Origin: Felixounavirus NRG857CP1
Sequence record: OZ035806.1
Length of the DNA stretch: 64,000 nt
Strand: one strand, 5' to 3'
The notes beneath the pieces are model-generated. The model saw only the letters and a list, made by a program, of their open reading frames with translations. It did no database searches and had not been told where the DNA came from. The stretch's first letter is position 1. Every line of letters starts with the position of its first letter. Below are positions 7,574-18,137 of this stretch, in pieces. The position numbers and the translations under genes are program-made.

Positions 7574-10244
7574 CCTTACCTGTGCCAGTTACAAGCGTCT
7601 CACTCTTCAAACCTAAATTCTTAGATGCCTGACCATACATCCAGTCAGTTATGGCTTTAACTTCTTGAGTCATACTTTCTGGGCACTCCCAACTGTTTTC
7701 ATCGTGGTATGCCAGCAAAAGCCTAGCACCAATTGCTGGTTTTCGTCCATTTAATTTTGTCAACCCTTCTTCACATGCTCTTCTACAAGCAAGGTTAATC
7801 GCCTCATTTTGAATCTGAGCCTCTGAACCCATGAGCAAATAATTCAATAACTTATGTGGAGATTTACACCACAACCAAGCTCCAGCAACCTTTACAAAAC
7901 CCCCTTTAGAGATTGCAGCAGTCTTACCAAACACCTCTTCAAGTGCCTTTTTAGTTGCTTTGTAGTCAGCTTCCAAGTCATCTAGCAGCTTCTTAATTTT
8001 AGGCAAACGAATAAAGTAAGTCTGTTTAGTCAGTGCTCCTTCCTGAGTAGTTGCAGCTTTAATCGTCTTAGCAAACTTCTCATCACCTGCACCGAACAGC
8101 AGTGCATAGATACCATTCTTAGCTTTCTTACGACCTTTGCTAATCTCATGAAGAAGATTCTCATCCTGAGTAGCTCGACAAGTCAAGATATCCTGCTCAT
8201 CATTCAAGCTAAAGTAAATACTGTTCAGTGTATGTGCATCAGTCCCTGAATAGACAACGTACAGGTCATTCTCAGAGTCATAGCGAAGGTACTTATCAAT
8301 TTCTGGGTTGAGATACTCATCAAAATGTTTGCAGTAATAGCGTCCATCTTCTTGACGAATGAACTCAATCTCTTCTTTACCTTGCGTTACCGCTTTGGTG
8401 AAGTCTTTGTCACCCATAAAGTTACAAAGAAGAACTAGCTGGGCTGAGTTCATGTCTACAGAGACAACGTTAGTCCCTTCCTCACAAATCCACACTGCCC
8501 TCATTGGTTCCCCATAGACAGCAGCACCAGACGGTACGTTTACAATACCATATTGTGTCATACGTCCAGTTGAAGTACCAAACACCATTGCACCAGCACT
8601 AAGGCGACCATCAGGACGAATCTGGTTCAACCAACCTTTTTCATCATCCTTTGAGTTCTCAATAGTTCTGCGTCTGTGCATCAAAGTGTAGTATTTCGCA
8701 ATCTTCTGTCCAAGCTCACCTTCAATCGTATCATAAGATGATTCAGTAAGTTTTGGTGAAGTACGGATTAAGCAAGGCTCAAGCAAATCTGTGTACTTCT
8801 TCACAGACCAGTTATGCTCAATATACTGTACACCTTCGTGCTCAACATAGCTCAAACCACACCGCTCAACCATTTCCTGCCACTTAGGATGTTTTGTAAT
8901 CATCTTTTTATTGTCTTTGAAACGACAAACTTTGACAGGGCGACCATCTGAGTCTTTCTTGTAGTTCCAGTCATCTGGAATCCAACCAACTGATTTCAAG
9001 TAGTCTTTAACAACTGCTACCTGAGTCATACGAGAAACTTCAAACTCAATTGGTGTATACGGTGCATCAATCAAACCTGTGTAGCGACTTGACTCAAGTT
9101 CAAAGTGGTTAACAACGTGACTGTTATAGTACTTCACAGTTTTGACTGTTTTTACTGGCTTCCAGTCTTTGCATTTCTTACCAATCTTTGCATTCAACTC
9201 ATTGCAAATTTCACGAGCATCCTTCATTGCTACAAAACCCTCCTTGTACTCTTCACCAGTTACAGAGTTGGTTGGTGTATAGCAATTCCTTTTTTCAATG
9301 TTAAAAATCTTTGTAGTTGGCTTACCAAATGGTTTGATTTCATAAGTCTGCATCTCACCATTACGTACCTGCTGACGATACTTTGTCTTAGGGTACTTGG
9401 TAATTCTTTTCAGTCCATCTGCATGACCAAATGCTTCAACATACTCATTCCAAGCTTTTGCAAACTCTTCTCCAGTGACTTTACCTTTGGTCTTAATAGT
9501 TGGAGGTAGATGTGGTTCAACCTCTGAAGCAAGCTCATTAGTCAACTTGTCAAGTTCCTTTACATGGAACTCCATAAGCTCCTTATCAGCTTTCCAACCA
9601 TTGATAGCTTGTTGACTCATCCAGAAAGATGTTTCTTTAGCTCGCATGTAAGTTTCATAAGTGTCTATACCACACTTCTTAAGCTTGAGATACTCGTTAT
9701 CAAGTGCCCGTTTAGTTTTGGCGTTAATACGGATATCTTCTACAACACGAGTGAAGATTTCTGCATTCCACACACCCCAATGTTCAATCTCTGGTTTACG
9801 AACACCAACACGAGCACCCCATGCAGCCAAACCATGAGCACCTTTATAGCCCTTTGGAGTTGGTCTATCCATCCACTGAACACGAGACTGGATAAGAGAA
9901 TCCTGAAAGAAATTACTCCACGGTTTACACTTTGGATTATCAAAGTTCCATAAATCAGGTGCAATGTGATTGAAAACCCACCAGTCATAACCGAGACCAT
10001 TGTGGATGCAAAGACGTTTTGCCTTTAACGCAAACTCAATACCTTCACGTAAGCCACCCTTGATGTACTTAGTGTACTTGTGACCGAGGATAGGCTCATC
10101 TGTAAAGACCCATACAGGTGGCTCTTCATCGTCAGATTTATAGTCTGCGAAAGCCATTACGTGCACTTTAGTGAACTCAAGGAGTAAACCATCAGTTTCT
10201 GTATCACCAACTAAATGTAAGTTTTTAAAATCTACGTTTTCCAT
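7545..10244 (-). CDS. DNA polymerase, family A (Pol I-like) with 3'-5' exonuclease domain
   Basis: exo motif VGDTETDG; candidate motif B KKAKNGIYALLFGAG; motif C YHDE; start placed at Met with GAGGGA RBS (track ORF to 10274). Confidence 0.9.
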   Translation of the reverse strand: MENVDFKNLHLVGDTETDGLLLEFTKVHVMAFADYKSDDEEPPVWVFTDEPILGHKYTKYIKGGLREGIEFALKAKRLCIHNGLGYDWWVFNHIAPDLWNFDNPKCKPWSNFFQDSLIQSRVQWMDRPTPKGYKGAHGLAAWGARVGVRKPEIEHWGVWNAEIFTRVVEDIRINAKTKRALDNEYLKLKKCGIDTYETYMRAKETSFWMSQQAINGWKADKELMEFHVKELDKLTNELASEVEPHLPPTIKTKGKVTGEEFAKAWNEYVEAFGHADGLKRITKYPKTKYRQQVRNGEMQTYEIKPFGKPTTKIFNIEKRNCYTPTNSVTGEEYKEGFVAMKDAREICNELNAKIGKKCKDWKPVKTVKTVKYYNSHVVNHFELESSRYTGLIDAPYTPIEFEVSRMTQVAVVKDYLKSVGWIPDDWNYKKDSDGRPVKVCRFKDNKKMITKHPKWQEMVERCGLSYVEHEGVQYIEHNWSVKKYTDLLEPCLIRTSPKLTESSYDTIEGELGQKIAKYYTLMHRRRTIENSKDDEKGWLNQIRPDGRLSAGAMVFGTSTGRMTQYGIVNVPSGAAVYGEPMRAVWICEEGTNVVSVDMNSAQLVLLCNFMGDKDFTKAVTQGKEEIEFIRQEDGRYYCKHFDEYLNPEIDKYLRYDSENDLYVVYSGTDAHTLNSIYFSLNDEQDILTCRATQDENLLHEISKGRKKAKNGIYALLFGAGDEKFAKTIKAATTQEGALTKQTYFIRLPKIKKLLDDLEADYKATKKALEEVFGKTAAISKGGFVKVAGAWLWCKSPHKLLNYLLMGSEAQIQNEAINLACRRACEEGLTKLNGRKPAIGARLLLAYHDENSWECPESMTQEVKAITDWMYGQASKNLGLKSETLVTGTGKVGKSWLEVH

Positions 10245-10274
10245 TTTTACTCCCTCTAAAATCATTAACCTCAT

Positions 10275-10501
10275 ACATTACTGCAAAAAATTATAAAAAG
10301 CAAGTTGACAATGCACTTGACAAGGTGTTAATCTTTGCGAAGTGGGTTTTTACTTAAAAGGTTACTTAACAGTTTAACTATACAGATACTTTAAAACTCT
10401 TAAAAGATTATTTAATAGCTTTTAAAAAGCTTTAAAGTATAACGTATAGAATACGTTAAGATAAAAGATTAAAACTTAATAGTTACTTAAAAGAGGCTTA
10501 C
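10275..10501. promoter_or_regulatory. divergent promoter region between minus- and plus-strand gene blocks
   Basis: TTGACA...TTGACAAGGTG -35-like boxes with downstream TTAATCT; AT-rich; strand switch here. Confidence 0.5.
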
Positions 10502-10924
10502 ATGCAGAAAATGTTTGTTCACCCAGACATAGCTGACTTTGTGAGAGCTTTGCAGAAGTTGGAAGAACTTGACATTGCTGCTCAACGGGAATATGCTCAC
10601 CATCACAGGAGAATGGTTGATATACAACATGAAATAGAGTTGTCTGAAAACTATGAAGATGACTTAAAATGCTCTGTATTTGAGCATATGAAAGATGTTG
10701 CTACAGCGAGGCGTAAAGCTAAAGACACAGTTGCTTTACTAGATTCTCTTAAAAAGAGGTTGCAAAGTGGCACAGACCTGTGTAATCTAGCGTCACTGAT
10801 TAACGATGTTGAAACTTCTTGGGATAGGCACTATTATCCACGTTCTGAAAAGACACTTGACTTTTCTTCATCCGAAAACTTAAAATGTTCTAGAAAGAAA
10901 CTTAACCAACTGAGAGAGAAATAA
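10502..10924 (+). CDS. hypothetical protein
   Basis: 140 aa ORF, first gene of plus-strand block. Confidence 0.4.
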   Translation: MQKMFVHPDIADFVRALQKLEELDIAAQREYAHHHRRMVDIQHEIELSENYEDDLKCSVFEHMKDVATARRKAKDTVALLDSLKKRLQSGTDLCNLASLINDVETSWDRHYYPRSEKTLDFSSSENLKCSRKKLNQLREK

Positions 10925-10925
10925 T

Positions 10926-11726
10926 ATGAATATCGATGTAGAAAAGATGCTTGAAGAGAAAGGTGTTGATGAAGCATTCTTAATCAATGCCGTAGAAAGC
11001 ATGGCTATGATTCTTCGTGGTAATAACTACACAGAACAGTTTATGCCTGCAAGCTATAACTTGCCTGAAGACAAGTCTGATAACAGTGCTTTTGCAGAAC
11101 AGGTCAACATGATGCTTTGCGACAAAACACTTGCTTTAGCATCTATCGTTGTAGGTGTTGATGCTCTTGCAGAGTTCATTTTTTATGAGATGCAGAAAAA
11201 TGACTATATTGCCATGACCACTGAAGAAAAAGACTTGCTACTACTCGCAGGTAATGATGAACTAATTGACCTGTTAATTTCATCAACTAGTGCTGTTATG
11301 GCTGCTCTTGAGAAGCGCATGGAAGAGAAACTTTCACGATATGAAAAACTTGATTGGGGCGTAGAAGAATTAAACCCACGAATCAAAGAGATTATACAGC
11401 AAACTAAAGAGTCTTTGGAAGAAGCTGTTGAAAATGACTCTGTAGCTGATATAGAACCACTTCAGGTGAAAGTTGCGCTGATGATTCCAGCTATCTCCAC
11501 GATGATGAATATCGTTGCACTAATCCAACTTTCACAGATGATGGGTGTGAGTATTGAGTTCATTGAAGAGATGACTGGTGGCGTCAGTATGCAAGCAATC
11601 AATGATGTTTTGGTGAACATTGGTGCTTCCATCATTGAAGAGAAACTACGCATTAACTTCGGTGATGATTTTGTGAAGCAACTCTCAGCTATGGCTGAAA
11701 AAGAGTCTGCTGAGCAACTGAACTAA
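10926..11726 (+). CDS. hypothetical acidic protein
   Basis: 266 aa ORF; 1-nt spacing from upstream gene. Confidence 0.4.
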   Translation: MNIDVEKMLEEKGVDEAFLINAVESMAMILRGNNYTEQFMPASYNLPEDKSDNSAFAEQVNMMLCDKTLALASIVVGVDALAEFIFYEMQKNDYIAMTTEEKDLLLLAGNDELIDLLISSTSAVMAALEKRMEEKLSRYEKLDWGVEELNPRIKEIIQQTKESLEEAVENDSVADIEPLQVKVALMIPAISTMMNIVALIQLSQMMGVSIEFIEEMTGGVSMQAINDVLVNIGASIIEEKLRINFGDDFVKQLSAMAEKESAEQLN

Positions 11727-11740
11727 GTCTTTATAAATCT

Positions 11741-11768
11741 TACAAGCCTCCTTAGTTGGGGGCTTTTT
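11741..11768 (+). terminator. terminator-like hairpin
   Basis: AAGCCTCC..GGGGGCTTTTT. Confidence 0.4.
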
Positions 11769-11787
11769 AGTAATTAATGGAGATAAA

Positions 11788-12531
11788 ATGAGTAATATTA
11801 TAGCATTTACTGGAAAGGCGCGTTCTGGAAAAGACACCTCATGTTCTATTGTGAAGAACATCTTAGAGGATGAGCACGGCTACAATGTTGCAGTAATGGC
11901 CTTTGCAGACAACCTTAAACTATCTGCATCAAAGATATTTGACTTGACTTGGAATGACCTGTACGGTGAAACTAAAGAGACTCCGCAGGTATTTGACTTA
12001 TCATATCATGAACTGATGTTTAAAGTTACGGAAGCTATGGAGTTCACCTTCAGGGATGAACGTTACCATATGGACTTCAAGCTTATGTCAGAGTTAACCG
12101 GACGATTAATCATGGAGCTTAAGAAGGTTGCTAAACCGACTCTATTGACACGTCTGGGGTTTAGTAAAAAGTATAAATTCTCATCAAGACAAATTCAACA
12201 GATTTGGGGTACTGAAGTTGTCCGTAAAGTAATGGGCGACAAGTTCTGGTCTAAAGACCTTGAAAAAAGAATGGTTAGATTCCATGAAATGTGCTCACTT
12301 AGAAATCAATATGGTTTTGTCTTAATCAGTGATTTAAGATTTGACTCTGAAGCTGAATGGCTGAGTAGATTTGCACACCAAACTATTGAAGTAAAAAGAG
12401 ACAATGTGGACAAAGTTTCATCACATGTTTCAGAAAATGGAATTTCTACAAAATATGAGCGTGACATTATTCATAATAATGGTACTCTTGCAGACCTTGA
12501 GAACAAGCTAAGAGCCATCATTAAAGTTTAA
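11788..12531 (+). CDS. deoxynucleoside monophosphate kinase (T4 gp1-like)
   Basis: P-loop FTGKARSGKDT at N-terminus resembling T4 dNMP kinase. Confidence 0.65.
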   Translation: MSNIIAFTGKARSGKDTSCSIVKNILEDEHGYNVAVMAFADNLKLSASKIFDLTWNDLYGETKETPQVFDLSYHELMFKVTEAMEFTFRDERYHMDFKLMSELTGRLIMELKKVAKPTLLTRLGFSKKYKFSSRQIQQIWGTEVVRKVMGDKFWSKDLEKRMVRFHEMCSLRNQYGFVLISDLRFDSEAEWLSRFAHQTIEVKRDNVDKVSSHVSENGISTKYERDIIHNNGTLADLENKLRAIIKV

Positions 12532-12539
12532 AAGAGATA

Positions 12540-12740
12540 ATGAAGATGAGAGTAAAAGACAATTTTAAAGTTATTGACCACCGTTTAGTGGAACTCTCAT
12601 CTCTTTCCAATGAGGTAATGATTGAACGTCTTAAGAGAGTTGAATCACGAAGGAAAGAGATTGCAGATGAAATTCATGAACTGGACAAGATTGAAAATGG
12701 ATTGAAGGCAGAACTACAACGAAGAGGTGCTAATGTCTAA
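12540..12740 (+). CDS. small coiled-coil protein
   Basis: 66 aa ORF. Confidence 0.35.
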   Translation: MKMRVKDNFKVIDHRLVELSSLSNEVMIERLKRVESRRKEIADEIHELDKIENGLKAELQRRGANV

Positions 12741-14718
12741 AGGTCGTAAATTGAAAGAGGCTGGTCAGTTTGTTGGTCATTGCGCATGTCCACGTTGTGG
12801 TTCATCAGATGCTGGTTCAATCTATCACCATGACGATGATTCTTATTCAATGACTTGCTTTAGTTGTAACAAAGGTTTCCCAGAGTGGGATTTTGATAAA
12901 GGACAAATCGTGAGCACTTATTCTACTGGTTCAGACAATAAAAACCGTACTTTCCGTGGAATGGATTTAGACGATGTGAAAGAAAACCTTGAAGCAATGG
13001 ACTTAAAGGACAGGAAGATTCCTGCAAAAGTTCTTGAGCGTTTGGGTATCAAGGTTGACATTGACAGTGACGGTGAAATTGACGCACATTTCTACCCAAC
13101 TTACAAACGTAATGAAGATGGTAAGCTAGAACATGTTGGCTACCGTGTTCGTCACCGTTATCCCGAAGACCATCCAAAAGAACACCTACGTGGTAAGCTA
13201 AAAGATTTCTCAGGTGGTGTTGGAGACATTAAAGGTGAACTGGCAATGTTCGGTTCATGGATTGCTCCAGAAGGTGGTAACCGTCTATTCATCTGGGAAG
13301 GTGAGATGGAATGTGCGACAGCAATCTATATGACTTCTCTTGCGATTAAGGACAAGTCTCGTCGTAAGAATTACTGTCACGTATCTGTCCCATCAGGTGC
13401 AAACATTAAGTCTATCAAAGACAACTATCAGTACATCACATCATTTGATGAGATTTACTTGTGCTTTGATAACGATGAAGCAGGTGCTAAAGCTACCAAA
13501 GAGGCTGCTGGTATCCTACCTATTGAGAAGGTTCGTTTATTCCAGTATCCAGAGGGTGTAAAAGACCTTAACGAATGGTGGACAAAGTTCTATAAAGAGA
13601 AAGATACAGTTCTTGAAGGGTTTAAGCAGCGTATATACAATGCACCCCGTTACTGTCCTGCTGGTATCAAGAACTTCGCAGATGGTTTTGAGGCAATGAA
13701 GAATCGTGGTCAGATTCCATTGATTCCTTTCCCAGAATCATTCGGAGATTTGAACAGACTGACTTATGGTGGTTATGGACTAGGTGAGATTACAACTCTG
13801 GCAGCACCATCTTCAGTAGGTAAGTCAGCTTACACTCGTGAGATGATTTATTCAGCTTGGAAGGAAACCGATTACAATATTGGTGTAATTCCTGTAGAAG
13901 ATACCTACGAAGAGTTGATGGAGATGCTCTGTGCAATCCACCTGAGTAAGCAGATTTCCGAGATTCCTTATGACGAACGTGATTGGGATGAATTAAAGGA
14001 AGCACACGCAGAACTATCTAAAGGTCGTCGTATCCATATCGTTGACCATCAAGGGGCAATTGACCAAGATAACCTGCTGGAGTTTGTTGACTATCTTGTT
14101 AATAGTTTAGACTGTAAGATTATTATTCTTGACCCTATTACGTTGGCTCTGTCACGTTCTGATACGGATGAAGAGGAAGTATTGTCTGAACTATTGCGTC
14201 GTTGCAAACGCTACCAGTATGCACAGGTAAACGTCTGTCACGTTCGTAAGAGTGCAGGTGGTCAGAAGGCTAACTCTGAAGGTGGGGATATCTCTGAAGA
14301 GGATATTAAAGGCTCTGGTGCGTATTTCCAGATTTCTATGAACAACATTCTGTTAATGCGTAACAAGGTTGACCCAGACCCTGTTAAGAAAAACTTGACA
14401 AAAATCAAGCTAACTAAATGTCGCCGTCACGGTAAGTCAACGGGTATTGCTGGTCATACTTGGTACAATCCAGATACAGGACGCCTCATCAAAGCATCTG
14501 GTTGCGGAGTTGACATTGATGGTGCAGCAGAAAATATTCGCCAACAGTTTGGTATTGGTGAAGCTGAAGACCATTACGATGACTCTTTACCACATTATGA
14601 GGATGAAGTGTTTGACCGTGAGACTGGTGAAGTTTATACTGAAGAGCATCGTCAAAGCTCAACGATTCCACCTGTATTAAGTGAGGATGCAGATGACTGC
14701 CCATTCGAAACTGAGTGA
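12727..14718 (+). CDS. bifunctional DNA primase/helicase (T7 gp4-like)
   Basis: N-terminal zinc ribbon CPRCGS..CFSCNKG; TOPRIM-like EGEMEC..FDNDEAG; DnaB-type Walker A APSSVGKS. Confidence 0.85.
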   Translation: MLMSKGRKLKEAGQFVGHCACPRCGSSDAGSIYHHDDDSYSMTCFSCNKGFPEWDFDKGQIVSTYSTGSDNKNRTFRGMDLDDVKENLEAMDLKDRKIPAKVLERLGIKVDIDSDGEIDAHFYPTYKRNEDGKLEHVGYRVRHRYPEDHPKEHLRGKLKDFSGGVGDIKGELAMFGSWIAPEGGNRLFIWEGEMECATAIYMTSLAIKDKSRRKNYCHVSVPSGANIKSIKDNYQYITSFDEIYLCFDNDEAGAKATKEAAGILPIEKVRLFQYPEGVKDLNEWWTKFYKEKDTVLEGFKQRIYNAPRYCPAGIKNFADGFEAMKNRGQIPLIPFPESFGDLNRLTYGGYGLGEITTLAAPSSVGKSAYTREMIYSAWKETDYNIGVIPVEDTYEELMEMLCAIHLSKQISEIPYDERDWDELKEAHAELSKGRRIHIVDHQGAIDQDNLLEFVDYLVNSLDCKIIILDPITLALSRSDTDEEEVLSELLRRCKRYQYAQVNVCHVRKSAGGQKANSEGGDISEEDIKGSGAYFQISMNNILLMRNKVDPDPVKKNLTKIKLTKCRRHGKSTGIAGHTWYNPDTGRLIKASGCGVDIDGAAENIRQQFGIGEAEDHYDDSLPHYEDEVFDRETGEVYTEEHRQSSTIPPVLSEDADDCPFETE

Positions 14719-14970
14719 TAGTTATAAAAGAGAGGGGTTCACACCCTTCTTTGAAGAAAAAAGTTTAAATAAATTTCAGGAAGAGTGTTTGACAAAGATT
14801 GATAGGTTCTATAGAATGCTCCTTATGAAATGCGATGGGGAAGTTGAGATAAAAGAAGATTTCCACCAAAGCATGATTACAGTCATCATTGCGCTACCTC
14901 AGCATAATATTAGCTGGCTGTTTATAATTAAAGAAAATGTGTTTGAATATCAAGTATATCGGAGAATATC

Positions 14971-15120
14971 ATGAAACACTCTAAAGCATTTGAAAAAGTT
15001 TTTGGGGATTCCTTAAAAGCCACTGCTGGAAAACCAGCAAAATACTATGAAGAGAAACGTGTAAGAACTGGAAAAACTGCACGTAAAGCAGCTTCTAAAG
15101 ATAAGCACAACTTCCAGTAA
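14971..15120 (+). CDS. small basic protein (50 aa, below track cutoff)
   Basis: ATG preceded by GGAGAA RBS; not in ORF track because under 60 aa. Confidence 0.35.
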   Translation: MKHSKAFEKVFGDSLKATAGKPAKYYEEKRVRTGKTARKAASKDKHNFQ

Positions 15121-15192
15121 TTAGTATTTGACAATAGAGTATCAACAAATTAGAATTGGTACTCTTCATAAATTGAGATAGAGGTTTAAATA

Positions 15193-16050
15193 ATGTCTAA
15201 AGTTGTTAAAATGAAAGCTCCGGTAGAGAAGTACAACGGTACTGAACGTCAAACTCTGCGTTACCTGCTGAAAGATGTCTGGTTTTATTACCTGAACACT
15301 TCACCACGTCCGGGAAAAGGTAAGTCTATTGATAAGAAATTCCCAGGAAAAGATTGTAACTACAGTGTGTCAATTCTGGCAGAAGATGGTAACAAGCTGT
15401 TTAAAGAGTTTACTAAGTCTAAGAAAAACCCAGAAGGTTGGGATAAAGTTACTACTGAAGCAGTTGATGCAGATGACTTCGAAGAGAAGTTTGGTTGTAA
15501 ACCACCTTTTGAAGCAGACACTTACTACATCTTGAAAGTAAGTCGTGCAGCAGCTTATAAAGATGGTGCTGTATGGACAGCTAAACAGTCATTCCCTGTA
15601 ATGCTGATTGAAGAAGTAAATGGTAAGCGTGTAGCTGTTAAGCAGCCGATGAAGAAAATCAAAGCTCAAGCATCTGATAAACATGAAGATGACAAGAACT
15701 ATGATGTAATCCATCCAGATATTGCAGTTGGTAACGGTTCTTTTGGTAGTGTGATTCTTTCTACTCACTTCTACACTTTTGAGAACAATGTTCTGACAAA
15801 ACCTATTCAGGAACAGTTTATCATTGATACTCTTGTACCTTACACTGGTGGTAACGGTGCTAATGGCGAGCCTGAACTGGATGAAGATGAACTGGCTATG
15901 CTTGGTCTTGATGGTGTTGAAGATAACGGTGAAATCACTGAAGAAGACGCAACAGACCATAAACCTTCGAATGCTTCTGATGATGGTGATGATGAAGATT
16001 TACCAGACCCAGATGACGAAGAAGATGAAGACTTCGATACAGAAGACTAA
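15193..16050 (+). CDS. single-stranded DNA-binding protein (T7 gp2.5-like)
   Basis: 285 aa with highly acidic C-terminal tail DDGDDEDLPDPDDEEDEDFDTED; located between helicase and exonuclease. Confidence 0.6.
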   Translation: MSKVVKMKAPVEKYNGTERQTLRYLLKDVWFYYLNTSPRPGKGKSIDKKFPGKDCNYSVSILAEDGNKLFKEFTKSKKNPEGWDKVTTEAVDADDFEEKFGCKPPFEADTYYILKVSRAAAYKDGAVWTAKQSFPVMLIEEVNGKRVAVKQPMKKIKAQASDKHEDDKNYDVIHPDIAVGNGSFGSVILSTHFYTFENNVLTKPIQEQFIIDTLVPYTGGNGANGEPELDEDELAMLGLDGVEDNGEITEEDATDHKPSNASDDGDDEDLPDPDDEEDEDFDTED

Positions 16051-16112
16051 TCTCTAAAAGTTACTTTAAAGCCCCATACTAAGTACAGGGCTTTTTCATA
16101 TGGAGAGCCATA

Positions 16113-17159
16113 ATGGAGAAGTACACATTAACAAAACTTCCCGATTCAGTTACACATGTTTTTATTGACTCTGACAGTATTGCCTATAAAGGTGCTTGTG
16201 TAGTTGAGAAAGCAAAATATAAATATGTCAATAAACTCACAGCAGAAGAATCTGAACCATTTGATAATGCGAAAGATGCTGCAAGATGGTTAGCAGACCA
16301 GAGAATCCTTGTGGAAGAACTTGGCCTGACATTTGATGAAGATGAATGGGAAAGACAGACTTGGAAAGAAGCTAAGAGTGAAAAAGAAGCTATCATGGCT
16401 ACTCAACAGGTTCTTCAGGAATGGCTTAAGGTTGTTGGTAAAGAGAGAACTTGGGTAGGTTACTTAACAGAGAAAGGTGTGCATAAACATAAAGACATTA
16501 AAGGTCTTGAGCACCAATATCAAGGTAACCGTAAAGATGCTGTCACACCAACACACTTAGTTGCTTGTCGTGAATATCTTCTGTCAAGACCAGAGTTCAA
16601 ACTCTTAAGGGGAGGCTTCGAAGCCGATTCAATCGTAATTGCTAAAGCTGAAAAGATGGGTAAGAAAGCTGCTCTTATGAGTATTGACAAAGACCTTCGA
16701 CAAGCTGAAGGGACTTATTGTATTGATATGACTTATGAAAAATCACCACTAATTTTTATCGCTGATAATAATGTTGGTAATATCTGGGATTGCCCTATCA
16801 AATCAAAACCAAAAGCTGCAAAAACAGTTGGTGTAGGTTTTAAATTCTTGTGTTATCAGGCTGTTGCTGGAGATAATGCAGACAACTACTTCGGCCTAAA
16901 AGGTGCTGGTAAAGTAGCTGTGATGAATGCTTTAGAGGGTAAAGAGACCTACAAAGAGTGTCTTGACGCTATCTATGAACTTTATGCTAAAAAAGACTCT
17001 TATACCTATGTGTCATGGGATGGACAGACCGTTACAAAGACGCCGTTAGAGTTAATGGAACAGCATTTCTTCCTAGCTTATCAAGAGCGAAATAAATCAG
17101 ATATTTTTTCATTTGAAAAGTATGGTTGGACTCCAAATGTTGACTCAGCAGATACTTAA
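16113..17159 (+). CDS. 5'-3' exonuclease (T7 gp6-like)
   Basis: motifs VFIDSDSIAY, SIDKDL and AVAGDNADNYFGLKGAG parallel T7 gp6 DGDW, SCDKDF, GDITDGYSGIAG. Confidence 0.6.
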   Translation: MEKYTLTKLPDSVTHVFIDSDSIAYKGACVVEKAKYKYVNKLTAEESEPFDNAKDAARWLADQRILVEELGLTFDEDEWERQTWKEAKSEKEAIMATQQVLQEWLKVVGKERTWVGYLTEKGVHKHKDIKGLEHQYQGNRKDAVTPTHLVACREYLLSRPEFKLLRGGFEADSIVIAKAEKMGKKAALMSIDKDLRQAEGTYCIDMTYEKSPLIFIADNNVGNIWDCPIKSKPKAAKTVGVGFKFLCYQAVAGDNADNYFGLKGAGKVAVMNALEGKETYKECLDAIYELYAKKDSYTYVSWDGQTVTKTPLELMEQHFFLAYQERNKSDIFSFEKYGWTPNVDSADT

Positions 17160-17637
17160 AGAATATCTACACTATGACCCCGAAACAGGGGTCTTTACGT
17201 GGATAAAGAAATCAGCTAAAAGAACAGTTATAGGTTCCATTGCAGGTACACCACATAAGCGAGGTTATATTAGGATAAAAATTAAAAGAAAACCCTATAT
17301 GGCTCATGATTTAGCAATCCTGTACACAGACGGTTTCCTACCTAACAGAGTAGACCATCGAAATGGTATTACTAATGATAATCGGAGATTAAATCTAAGG
17401 GTTTGCACACAAGCTGAAAACTCTTGGAATAGAAGAACACACTCCAACAACACATCTGGAGTTAAGGGTGTATCTTTCTATAAGGCTAACCAAAAATGGA
17501 AGGCCAGAGTTATGACACACGGAGTATCTCACTTTCTGGGGTATTTTGACAGTATTGAAGATGCCAAAGATGCAGTCACAAAGAAAAGAGAAGAACTACA
17601 TAAAGAGTTTTCAAATCACGGAGAAGCTTATGAATGA
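17113..17637 (+). CDS. HNH homing endonuclease with AP2-like domain
   Basis: RVDHRNGITNDNRRLNLRVCTQAEN; paralog of 7022..7573; overlaps exonuclease 3' end. Confidence 0.75.
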   Translation: MKSMVGLQMLTQQILKEYLHYDPETGVFTWIKKSAKRTVIGSIAGTPHKRGYIRIKIKRKPYMAHDLAILYTDGFLPNRVDHRNGITNDNRRLNLRVCTQAENSWNRRTHSNNTSGVKGVSFYKANQKWKARVMTHGVSHFLGYFDSIEDAKDAVTKKREELHKEFSNHGEAYE

Positions 17638-18131
17638 AGATTAAAGGATTTGGCAATTGCCCTACCTACGGTCATTGGGTATCTTTATGTGGGGAAGTTG
17701 ACCCCACTAAACATTTTGGCTTTGTCTATTTAGTGCACTGTAAGAAGACTGGACAATATTATATCGGAAAGAAACAGTTTAACAGTGTGACCAAAAGAAA
17801 AGTTGCTGGGAAGACTCGGAAGAAGATAGTCACTAAGGAAAGTGATTGGATGACTTATGAGACTTCTTCTGAGTATATTAAAAAAGATATTGAGAGTTTT
17901 GGAAAAGAATTTTTTGACTTTTACATTATTCAGACCTACTACACAAAAGGTGGCCTAGTCTATGGTGAAGCAAACCTTCAACATAAATTCGATGTAATGA
18001 CAAAAAGGATTGACTCTAAGCTCAGACTCTTCTACAATGCCAATATTGCAGCAATTAAGTTTATCACTAAAGAAACTTATGAAGATGCTGAAAAAAGAAT
18101 CCATAAGGTAATGAAAGCAAATTGTGCTTGA
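17634..18131 (+). CDS. GIY-YIG-like nuclease (possible homing endonuclease)
   Basis: FVYLVHCKKTGQYYIGKK resembles the GIY..YIG motif. Confidence 0.4.
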   Translation: MKIKGFGNCPTYGHWVSLCGEVDPTKHFGFVYLVHCKKTGQYYIGKKQFNSVTKRKVAGKTRKKIVTKESDWMTYETSSEYIKKDIESFGKEFFDFYIIQTYYTKGGLVYGEANLQHKFDVMTKRIDSKLRLFYNANIAAIKFITKETYEDAEKRIHKVMKANCA

Positions 18132-18137
18132 TAACTA

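Noticed and set aside
9105-10000. Track ORFs 9105..9509, 9564..9953 (+) and 9740..10000 (-) inside the DNA polymerase gene
   Set aside because: They lie antisense to or out of frame within a strongly supported 900-aa polymerase ORF and have low-complexity composition; treated as spurious.
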